From assembly GCA_016929645.1 (NCBI GenBank), contig JAFGIK010000086.1, forward strand, positions 408 to 64,407: a DNA stretch of 64,000 nucleotides. Direction: 5' to 3'. The notes under the pieces were generated by a model. It was not told the DNA's origin and searched no databases. It saw only the letters and a program-made list of their open reading frames with translations. Positions 30,170-38,554 of the stretch are shown in pieces. Positions within the stretch are counted from its first letter, which is position 1; each line of letters starts with the position of its first letter. Source of the DNA: Candidatus Dojkabacteria bacterium. Its GTDB lineage: Bacteria; Patescibacteriota; Dojkabacteria; SC72; JAFGCJ01. Position numbers and translations under genes: made by a program.

Positions 30170-31156
30170 CTACAGGATTCTTAATTCAATAACTTTACTA
30201 TAAGTCGAGAATGAAACTTTTGAAACACTTTGAAGTTCTTCTAATCCAAACTTTTCAATAAACTTCCTGCCAAAATCAATAACATGTGTAGCTCCTTTAG
30301 GAAATGAAACTCCGTACCTCTTAGATAGTTCATTCATTTCTATGACAAATTTCGCACGAGCGATAATTGATGCTGCAGCAACAGCGATGTCAGCTTCACC
30401 TCTGTGCATTTGAACTATCTCCTTACTTCGTAAATCAGCCTTTAGCGCATCCAAAATTCGATCATCACTGTTTGCAAATTTATCAAATACAATTTTTTGG
30501 CATTTCTTCCTAACTATTTGTTTAGAAAGCAGTTGCTCCAAAGTATTTGCATGACCCCAAGCAAGAAGTTTATTTACATTTTTAATGTGAGAGTATAAAT
30601 GATTGTAATCGTAAGGCTTAATCACAAGTGTTTCACATTTAGTAAGTGATCTAATTGCAGAATCAAGTTCAAGAATTTTTCTATCGCTTAATTGTTTTGA
30701 ATCTCGTACACCAAGTGACATAAGTTTTTTTGTGATTTCTTCTTTTTCAATAAAAACAGCTCCTACAACAAGCGGTCCGAAGAAATCCCCTTTTCCCGAT
30801 TCATCAACACCAGCATATGGGACAAATCCATTATCAATTGAATTTAAATTCTTCCTAATTTGCAATTTGTCTGCTTCATTAACTCTTAATGAAGCCTCCG
30901 TACTAATCTTTTTATGGCAAACAGCACTATCTTCAAAACCTGCTAAAAACACACATACCTTGTCAATCCATAGATTATCAGAACTTTGAACAACAATCTT
31001 ACCACTCGAATAAGCTACAATAACACCATTGTCACATTTAAGCTGAAATTTGGCTTGAGGATTGTTAATTGATTGAAAATCCCACTTTGCAAAAAGTTTC
31101 TTGCGCATATCATCCAAATTGGATTTAACCTCAATAACCTGAGTATGCTGAGACAT
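30170..31156 (-). CDS. rnhC: Ribonuclease HIII
   Basis: N-terminal TBP-like AYSSGKIVVQ; GVDESGKGDFFGPLVV; DSKQL; AAASIIAR. Confidence 0.92.
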   Translation of the reverse strand: MSQHTQVIEVKSNLDDMRKKLFAKWDFQSINNPQAKFQLKCDNGVIVAYSSGKIVVQSSDNLWIDKVCVFLAGFEDSAVCHKKISTEASLRVNEADKLQIRKNLNSIDNGFVPYAGVDESGKGDFFGPLVVGAVFIEKEEITKKLMSLGVRDSKQLSDRKILELDSAIRSLTKCETLVIKPYDYNHLYSHIKNVNKLLAWGHANTLEQLLSKQIVRKKCQKIVFDKFANSDDRILDALKADLRSKEIVQMHRGEADIAVAAASIIARAKFVIEMNELSKRYGVSFPKGATHVIDFGRKFIEKFGLEELQSVSKVSFSTYSKVIELRIL

Positions 31157-31178
31157 TTAATTAAATACTTACATTACA

Positions 31179-32543
31179 TTACTTTACGATATTCCAAACA
31201 GGTCCAGTTGCTGTATCTTCCAAGGTAACACCCAAATTCTCAATCTCTCCTCTTAATTTATCTGCCATATCCCAATCCTTGTTTGATCTAGCTTCTTCAC
31301 GTTCTCGAACCAATTGTTCAATTTTTTCCGTCAAATCATCACTAATTTTGTGATCAGATTGTGTGAATTCCTTTAGATTGAAAGCAAATACCTTGTCAAA
31401 ATCCAAAATCGTCGCAAGCTTATTTTTACTGGAAATATCTTTTGACTTTACAACCGCCCAAAGAATTGCAACTGCCTGAGGAGTATTAAAATCTTCGCTA
31501 AGCTTTTCTTCAAACTGAGCCTTCATGTCAGGATCTACTTCACCAAGCTTTCCTTTAACCTCAATCCAAAGTTTCGTAACATAGTTTCTCAATCTTTGAA
31601 GTGCTTTTTGAGCTGGCTCAAGTACAGATTTATCATAATTGATCTCGCTTCGATAATGAACAGTAGCCCTCCAGTACCTTATAACCATTGGATCATAATC
31701 TTTAAGCATATCAGGAATAATAACAAAGTTGTGATTTGATTTACCCATTTTTTTTCCATTAACATTTAGAAGTCCCGCATGCATCCACCAATTCACAAAC
31801 TTCTTGTCATTTGCTGCTTCCGACTGGGCAATTTCATTCTCGTGATGTGGAAATCTCAAATCTAAAGCTCCTCCATGTATATCAAATGGCTGTCCAAGAT
31901 ATTTTTCAGACATGACAGAACACTCAATATGCCAACCTGGTCTACCTTGCCCCCATGGGCTTTCCCAAGAAGGTTCGCCTTCTTTTGCTTTTTTCCACAA
32001 CGCAAAATCAGCAACACTATCTTTATCATATTTATCAGTATCAACCCGCTGACCAGTTACACCCTCATCAAATTTTATTCCAGAAAGCTTTCCATAATTT
32101 TCAAATTTTGAGACTCTGTAATATACTCCATCCGCTGTTTCATAAGCATAACCTTTCTTTTCAAGGCGAGAAACCATATCAACAATCTCTTTAATGTGAT
32201 CAGTAACTCGTGGATAAACATCAGCAGGCATAATATTAAGAGCATCAAGATCCTTCATATATTGTTTAATATTAGTATCAGCTAATTCAAAGATTGTAAT
32301 ACCCTGATGATTTGCCTCCTTTATCATATCGTCGTGTACATCAGTAAGATTTACAACATACTTTACTTCGTATCCAAGATAAATAAATGCCCTACGAATA
32401 ATATCAAACGTAATATACGTACTTGCATGACCAAGATGACTTGGACCATAAACTGTAGGTCCACACACATACATATTTACTTTGTTTTCATTAATAGGTG
32501 TAAATTCATCAACAGACCGAGTAAGTGTGTTATATATTTTCAT
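31179..32543 (-). CDS. cysS: Cysteine--tRNA ligase
   Basis: YVCGPTVY..HLGH, GRPGWHIECS, FPHHENE, KMGKS. Confidence 0.97.
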   Translation of the reverse strand: MKIYNTLTRSVDEFTPINENKVNMYVCGPTVYGPSHLGHASTYITFDIIRRAFIYLGYEVKYVVNLTDVHDDMIKEANHQGITIFELADTNIKQYMKDLDALNIMPADVYPRVTDHIKEIVDMVSRLEKKGYAYETADGVYYRVSKFENYGKLSGIKFDEGVTGQRVDTDKYDKDSVADFALWKKAKEGEPSWESPWGQGRPGWHIECSVMSEKYLGQPFDIHGGALDLRFPHHENEIAQSEAANDKKFVNWWMHAGLLNVNGKKMGKSNHNFVIIPDMLKDYDPMVIRYWRATVHYRSEINYDKSVLEPAQKALQRLRNYVTKLWIEVKGKLGEVDPDMKAQFEEKLSEDFNTPQAVAILWAVVKSKDISSKNKLATILDFDKVFAFNLKEFTQSDHKISDDLTEKIEQLVREREEARSNKDWDMADKLRGEIENLGVTLEDTATGPVWNIVK

Positions 32544-32608
32544 AATAGGAATATTATATACCGAGGGAAAAGGATTAACAAACTAAAAAGCTGTCATGAC
32601 TAATAGAA

Positions 32609-33220
32609 CTATTGAGAAATAAATCCCTGAAGATTTCCGTCTTCATCAAATGGTAATCTTAATTTTCTTGAATTAGAAGTACCATTATTATACTGCCCCA
32701 CAATACCATTAATATATGCTGCTTTAGATTGATCTAATTGAGGGTCATCGACTGAATGGAACTCTCCCGCACTATCTTTAATTGTGACTTGTAATCGAGT
32801 TTCATTTCTAATTCGTATCCCATCGAAATCCAAACTCGTAAGCTTGCCCGATTGAATTCTGAATACTAAGGTCTCGCCAGATTTAGGATCAGGGATTTCA
32901 CAAGAAAATCCCTGAACTTGTTGTGCCTGGATTCGATCTTGTTCGTCATAGAATTCATGAGGGGCAGATTCTTGAGTCTTAATCTGTACTCCGCGAACTA
33001 ATTCGAAATTTTGTGATCTTAAATCTGTACCGCCTGAGGCTTTTGATCCATCAATCCAAAGAGATTCTACTCGGCCTGTAACATCTAGTCCTAATTCGTC
33101 CTTACAAGTAAAAGTAGATATAAAAGATTGCGGTTTATAGATACTTTCGGAACGTAGTACTGGATCATCAATATGAAAAACTGAGGCCGGACCATTTGTT
33201 AAAAGCTCTGAATTAGTCAT
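32609..33220 (-). CDS. Hypothetical protein
   Basis: 203-aa ORF filling the gap, co-oriented with neighbours; no motif recognised. Confidence 0.55.
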   Translation of the reverse strand: MTNSELLTNGPASVFHIDDPVLRSESIYKPQSFISTFTCKDELGLDVTGRVESLWIDGSKASGGTDLRSQNFELVRGVQIKTQESAPHEFYDEQDRIQAQQVQGFSCEIPDPKSGETLVFRIQSGKLTSLDFDGIRIRNETRLQVTIKDSAGEFHSVDDPQLDQSKAAYINGIVGQYNNGTSNSRKLRLPFDEDGNLQGFISQ

Positions 33221-33254
33221 TTGTTAGATTTTTAATAAAATTGTTGGTTTTTAA

Positions 33255-35252
33255 TTATATTATTTCTACTCTCACTGCAATATTTTTGTAACACGGCGTC
33301 CCACTTTCAGGATCAAGAACCCTTGGCGTCAACTTATTTACAAGTATTTTATCATAATGATAAGGTGCTACAATCACACGTTTCTCAACACTAGCGTCCA
33401 ATTTTAACATGACTTCAATCTGCCCCACCTTAGAAACAACTCTGACAACATCTCCATCCACTATCTTTAATATATCAGCATCAATAGGATTCATCACTGC
33501 ATAAGGTTCACCGCTTAATTTCTTCATAGTTTGACTGTTACCAGTGCCTTCACCAGTGCAAAATTGAAATCGCTGTCTTGCTGTTGTAAAAACAAAAGGA
33601 AACTCGCTCATATCTTTGAAATGAGAAATTTCATATTTAATTTTCGGAAGCTTAATATACTTTGGCTGTTTATCTGTCAAAATATCATTTCCTGAAAACA
33701 CTTCATTAAAAGTTAACAAATCGTATCCCGGGACAACGCTTACCATTTCATTAATAATATCAACCACAGAGCCATATCTAAATTCTTCAAAATTCATAAA
33801 CTTTGCAAAGTCAAGAATTATTCGAGTATTAGATTTTGCCTCAGATACATTACACCACTTAGCCTTATAACTCACTTCGTCGCCTATAGAATTTTCACTA
33901 TGCAACAACCCTCGAATTCTGCGCTCTGCATTGGTAATCGAACCAGATTCCTCACTAAGCATCAAGGTTGGAAGAACAACATTTGCATATTTCATGGTCT
34001 CACCTGGATGGTGATGCTGATAAATAACAAATTTATCGAAAAGAGAATCATTAAGAGCGTTTAGATCAGGCATTGATTGACTAGGATTAGACTCCATAAT
34101 CCAAACGAATTTCACATCAGAGTCATACAAGGCCTTTGTAGAAACACTTCCATCATGTGATAAAAATTCCATATTCCATGACTCTGAAGCAATTCGTTCA
34201 TTAGATATATTCCAAAAAGGACTACCACCAACATCTGATGCTCCTTGCACATTAACCTTGCCACGACCAGGGAAAATAATTGCGTCAAGCAATAGCCCAA
34301 GACTTGTTATTGCTTGTACATTCTGCACTCCATTTTCATGTTGAGTCAAACCCATACCAAAACCGACAACTAACTTTTTAGCAGCATTAATATTTGAATA
34401 TAAAATTTCAATATCATCGCGAGAAAAACCAAATGTAGATAATGGGTTGTTATTAGCAACCTCAATGATAGAGTTTACAAAATCCGAATATCCTTCAATC
34501 TTCCCAGCATTTTTGCTTATATCTCCATTCTCGATTAGTTTAATCATAAGATGGCATAACATGGGTATAATTCCTTCAGGTGTAATTTTCAGTTTAACAT
34601 CAGCTATCTGAAAAGTACTACTCGACGCCATATCAACAGAAATGATTTTTGCACCATTGTTCTTTGCCGCAAGTACACGATTAAACATAACTGGATAATC
34701 TTCCATTGGATCTGTTCCTACATAGAGAAAACAATCTCCGTCCAACATATCATCAAAAGTATAGACAGGAATTGCCTGTAAGCCAAAAATTCGATCAAAA
34801 GCTACTGCTGTAGCTGCATGACAAAGCCGTGCACATGAATCAATATTATTTGAAGCAAACCCACTTCGACATAATTTTGACAACAAAAAGTTTGCCTCAT
34901 TAGTTGCCTCACCAGATGCCAGAAAATACACTTTATCTCGAACAGACTTCTTACTACTACCGTATCCAATGTTTTCAAGATTAGCTTTAATAAATGAGAA
35001 CGCATCGTCCCAGGTACAAGATTTAAATTCTTGATTTTTATTTTCTCGTATCATAGGTGTCTGAATTCTATTTTCATATAAAGGCTCATTAGATTTCAGA
35101 CCCTTTACACAAGGTCTTCCCGAACTTATAGTATCCTGCATGTCCGGTAATATTTTTTCTATCGTATTATTATCGGAAAGAATAGCATCAAATCTACAAC
35201 CACACCCACAATATGGACAAAACACCTTGTTCTTAAGTTCAGAAGAATTCAT
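33255..35252 (-). CDS. Molybdopterin oxidoreductase catalytic subunit, formate dehydrogenase alpha (FdhF)-like
   Basis: CPYCGCGC..CVKG 4Fe-4S motif; NNIDSCARLCH (Cys ligand plus His); RGKVNVQGASDVG; EESGSITNAERR; C-terminal bis-MGD-binding barrel. Confidence 0.85.
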   Translation of the reverse strand: MNSSELKNKVFCPYCGCGCRFDAILSDNNTIEKILPDMQDTISSGRPCVKGLKSNEPLYENRIQTPMIRENKNQEFKSCTWDDAFSFIKANLENIGYGSSKKSVRDKVYFLASGEATNEANFLLSKLCRSGFASNNIDSCARLCHAATAVAFDRIFGLQAIPVYTFDDMLDGDCFLYVGTDPMEDYPVMFNRVLAAKNNGAKIISVDMASSSTFQIADVKLKITPEGIIPMLCHLMIKLIENGDISKNAGKIEGYSDFVNSIIEVANNNPLSTFGFSRDDIEILYSNINAAKKLVVGFGMGLTQHENGVQNVQAITSLGLLLDAIIFPGRGKVNVQGASDVGGSPFWNISNERIASESWNMEFLSHDGSVSTKALYDSDVKFVWIMESNPSQSMPDLNALNDSLFDKFVIYQHHHPGETMKYANVVLPTLMLSEESGSITNAERRIRGLLHSENSIGDEVSYKAKWCNVSEAKSNTRIILDFAKFMNFEEFRYGSVVDIINEMVSVVPGYDLLTFNEVFSGNDILTDKQPKYIKLPKIKYEISHFKDMSEFPFVFTTARQRFQFCTGEGTGNSQTMKKLSGEPYAVMNPIDADILKIVDGDVVRVVSKVGQIEVMLKLDASVEKRVIVAPYHYDKILVNKLTPRVLDPESGTPCYKNIAVRVEII

Positions 35253-35275
35253 TAACTTTGGCAGTAAATTTAAAA

Positions 35276-35923
35276 TCAGGCATTAGTTCTACCTTCTATT
35301 GCACGCTTAATAGTCAAACGATCAGCATATTCAAGGTCAGCCCCGGTTGGAAGCCCCATTGCTAATCTGGAAATTTTTATTTTGCTATGATCAATTTCAT
35401 TTATTGAAGATAACATATCAATAATATACGATGACGTAGCCTCACCTTCTAAACTTGGATTGGTAGCAATTATTATCTCCAACAACTCTGTATCAGAATT
35501 ATCACTAGCAGAATCAAAATATGAGATAATCCGATTTCTTAGTTGACCCATTCTTAAGTTTTCAGGTCCTATCCCATCAGCAGGAGAAATAACCCCGCCA
35601 AGAACAAAATACAGGCCATCATAGACACCTGAGGCTTCAATGGCCACTACATCAAGAAGCTCTTCAACAACACATACTTTATGCTTGTTTCTCGAGGAAT
35701 CAGAACAAATATCACATGGATTTTTATCTGACACATTAAAACATGTTTTGCAGACAACAATATCCTTTTTCATCTGAACAAGAGCCTTTGCAAGTTCAAC
35801 TGATCGCTCGCTTGGAGCTCGAAGGAAAAAGTATGCCATCCTGGCAGCAGATTTAGGACCAACTCCAGGTAGCTTTTCGAATTCAGAAATTACTTTTCGC
35901 ACACAAGATGGTAATACAGCCAT
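35276..35923 (-). CDS. recR: Recombination mediator RecR
   Basis: LPGVGPKSA HhH, CKTC..CDIC zinc finger, Toprim ATNPSLEGEAT. Confidence 0.96.
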   Translation of the reverse strand: MAVLPSCVRKVISEFEKLPGVGPKSAARMAYFFLRAPSERSVELAKALVQMKKDIVVCKTCFNVSDKNPCDICSDSSRNKHKVCVVEELLDVVAIEASGVYDGLYFVLGGVISPADGIGPENLRMGQLRNRIISYFDSASDNSDTELLEIIIATNPSLEGEATSSYIIDMLSSINEIDHSKIKISRLAMGLPTGADLEYADRLTIKRAIEGRTNA

Positions 35924-35949
35924 AAAAATATTCTAAAAACTCAGAAAAA

Positions 35950-36255
35950 TTAAGACCCAAGCATATTTCTAATAGAACCAAGATCTATATCCTTCATCAT
36001 TTGTTTTTGAAGTTTTTTCTGAAAATCCTTATATGCTTCTTTAAAAGCCTCAACCAAAACAGAATTCATTTCAGGATTAAGAAGTTCTTCCTCAATAGTC
36101 AAATTCTCTAATTCCTGCGCACCATTAAAATATAATCTGACCTGACCTTTTCGAGATTCCCCTGTAACTTTGATAAGTTTCATCTTATCCTTCATTTTCT
36201 TTGCCTCTCGTTGCATATTATACAAATCTTTCATTTGATTAAATACATTTGCCAT
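35950..36255 (-). CDS. YbaB/EbfC nucleoid-associated protein
   Basis: 101 aa between dnaX and recR; VTGES..VRLYFNG. Confidence 0.85.
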   Translation of the reverse strand: MANVFNQMKDLYNMQREAKKMKDKMKLIKVTGESRKGQVRLYFNGAQELENLTIEEELLNPEMNSVLVEAFKEAYKDFQKKLQKQMMKDIDLGSIRNMLGS

Positions 36256-36493
36256 TTTTTTATTAAAAAAAATTTAACTATTAACTCAAAACATATTTAT
36301 TAGTAGATACAAACATCACAATTATACAACACAAAAACAGAAAAAATACATCCAGTTAATTTATGATGAAAAGACAAGAGATACTGCAGATATTTATCGT
36401 ACTCTTTCAAAAGTTCAAACCGAAGTAAAACAGGAAGTTTGATTACTTAGATTATAAATAAAGTCCAATATTGAAATATAGTTTTGATTAGTA

Positions 36494-38203
36494 TTACAGA
36501 CCTACAATATCTTCACCAAAGACTTCGGTCACATTATCATATACATTCACAGAGTCTGTACCGTTAATACTTGAAGATACGAGATCAGATCCTGTTGATA
36601 TTTCTCCTTCAGGATCAACAACAACTATCCCATCTGCAGTTTTTACATTATTTCGGACAGCCGAATCCACCTCGCAAGTGACAGTTAAAGCATGTCCGAA
36701 TAAATCATTAAAAACCTTAGCAAGAATATCTTTGCTTTTAGGACACTCAAGTCGATCTTTGTGAAAGTCAAAACCCACAGCACAATGTAGAATATTCCCA
36801 TCAACATCAAGCAATTTAGCTCTTCCAAAAAAAGCATATAAATGGCTGTTATATTTTTTTAATTCCTTTAGAATAAGTGGCCATTTCTCATTAATTAATT
36901 CTGTCGTAATATCTAAATCCTTTGCTCTTGATTTAATAACGACACTGGATTCATCAACAACACTAATTTCTGATTTTTCTACATTTTCTTTATTCAAATC
37001 TTTATTATCATACGAACCCTTTGAATCAGGATTTTTTGTGTCTCGTACTTTAGTAGGACCACCACTATCACCATCATCCCCAGAAGAAGAACCGGCCGAG
37101 GATTTATTTACACCAAGATTATCAGTATTTTTAAAAACATCAATTGAATCAGCAACAAGCATCTCCAATGGAAGCGTTGGAATAATTGAATCCTTAACTG
37201 CACGCTCAGCAGAAACAAATAAATTAATTAATTGTAGAGTTGATTTTCTATCAAGTTTTTTGGCAAAAGAATATTCATTGAAATCAACACTATTATTTAG
37301 TTCCCCAAGTAAAATTGATCTCAATATTTCAAGATTAAGTTTAATAAATTGATTTAAATTCACACCTTTTTGAGAAATCTCAGAGATAAGTTTTAATGCC
37401 TCTGCGGAATCACAGTTAATTACCTTCTCTAGAAAAAAGTAAGCCATTGTACTATCTGCAATTCCTAGAACAATTTTAACCTCATCCTCTGAAATATGTT
37501 TTGGATTATCACTGCTCTCCTGACCACTGATAACAACATCAAGTAATGACAATACGTCACGATAACTACCCTTTGCATTGTTTACAAGCAAAGCAATTGC
37601 AGCATCTTCAATCTCAACATTTTCACTTTTAGTAACATTTTTTATCAAGGACATAAGCTCTTCGTCCGTAGCAAGTTGGAAATCAAATCGTTGACACCGT
37701 GAAAGAATTGTTGCAGGAACTTTTTGAATTTCAGTTGTTGCCAAAATAAAAATTGCATGCGCTGGCGGTTCCTCAAGTGTTTTGAGAAGCGCATTAAATG
37801 CCTCATTCGTAAGCATATGAACTTCATCTATTATATAAACTTTATACTTACCTTCAGTGGGAGAAAACTCTATCTTTTCTTTCAAATCACGTATCTGATC
37901 TATACCGCGATTTGAAGCAGCATCAATCTCAATCATATCTAAAAAACGGCCTTCCTGAATAGCAATACATGAATTGCATTTGTTACAAGGGTTGCCATCT
38001 TGCTGAAGCTGGGGGCAGTTGACAGCTTTAGCAAGAATTCTTGCGGTACTTGTTTTTCCAAGACCTCTTGGCCCGTGAAACAAGTATGCATGAGCAACCT
38101 GGCCCTGAGAAACAGCATTTTTCAAAATAGAAGAAATGTGTTCCTGACCAATAAGCTCATCAAATATCTGCGATCTGTATTTTCTATATAAAACTTGAGA
38201 CAT
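36494..38203 (-). CDS. dnaX: DNA polymerase III subunit gamma/tau
   Basis: LYRKYR, GPRGLGKTS, Zn cysteines, IIDEVHML, NALLKTLEEPP, SRCQRF; start placed at MSQVLY. Confidence 0.96.
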   Translation of the reverse strand: MSQVLYRKYRSQIFDELIGQEHISSILKNAVSQGQVAHAYLFHGPRGLGKTSTARILAKAVNCPQLQQDGNPCNKCNSCIAIQEGRFLDMIEIDAASNRGIDQIRDLKEKIEFSPTEGKYKVYIIDEVHMLTNEAFNALLKTLEEPPAHAIFILATTEIQKVPATILSRCQRFDFQLATDEELMSLIKNVTKSENVEIEDAAIALLVNNAKGSYRDVLSLLDVVISGQESSDNPKHISEDEVKIVLGIADSTMAYFFLEKVINCDSAEALKLISEISQKGVNLNQFIKLNLEILRSILLGELNNSVDFNEYSFAKKLDRKSTLQLINLFVSAERAVKDSIIPTLPLEMLVADSIDVFKNTDNLGVNKSSAGSSSGDDGDSGGPTKVRDTKNPDSKGSYDNKDLNKENVEKSEISVVDESSVVIKSRAKDLDITTELINEKWPLILKELKKYNSHLYAFFGRAKLLDVDGNILHCAVGFDFHKDRLECPKSKDILAKVFNDLFGHALTVTCEVDSAVRNNVKTADGIVVVDPEGEISTGSDLVSSSINGTDSVNVYDNVTEVFGEDIVGL

Positions 38204-38287
38204 ATTGGAATCAATATACATTGAAGAAACTAGTCGATCAACAGTACAAGAAGATTCATACGAAATAAACCATTTAATAATAAAATC

Positions 38288-38322
38288 ATGCTCTCGTAAT
38301 GAGTCTCTTATTACGAGAGCAT
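38288..38322. other. 13-bp perfect inverted repeat in the mfd-dnaX spacer
   Basis: ATGCTCTCGTAAT-GAGTCTCTT-ATTACGAGAGCAT. Confidence 0.6.
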
Positions 38323-38554
38323 ATATTAACGCTAAGTTACCAAAACATAGAATGAAAATTACGGGTAAATATATTACTCAAACTTAATAACTAAGCTCTT
38401 TTTGAAACATATCTGTAATATTGAGGATTGAGATAGAACCACAAAATCTAAAATATATTGCAACAAGTATAAAAATATAGAAAAACTTTTATATATCTAG
38501 CTCTACTACGAAAGCAATAAAAAAATATCTATGAAAAGAAGACAAAAAAAAAGA

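Noticed and set aside
33255-35252. Selenocysteine or stop-codon recoding in the FDH-like gene
   Set aside because: The metal ligand is an ordinary Cys with no in-frame TGA; TGA acts as a stop elsewhere in the window, so code 25 is not indicated
36494-38203. Programmed -1 frameshift in dnaX
   Set aside because: I did not find an A-AAA-AAG slippery site with a downstream hairpin at the expected position
38222-38554. Expected SRP RNA (ffs) upstream of dnaX
   Set aside because: The region is very AT-rich and lacks the SRP domain IV GGAA/GCAGC motif; only a simple inverted repeat is present
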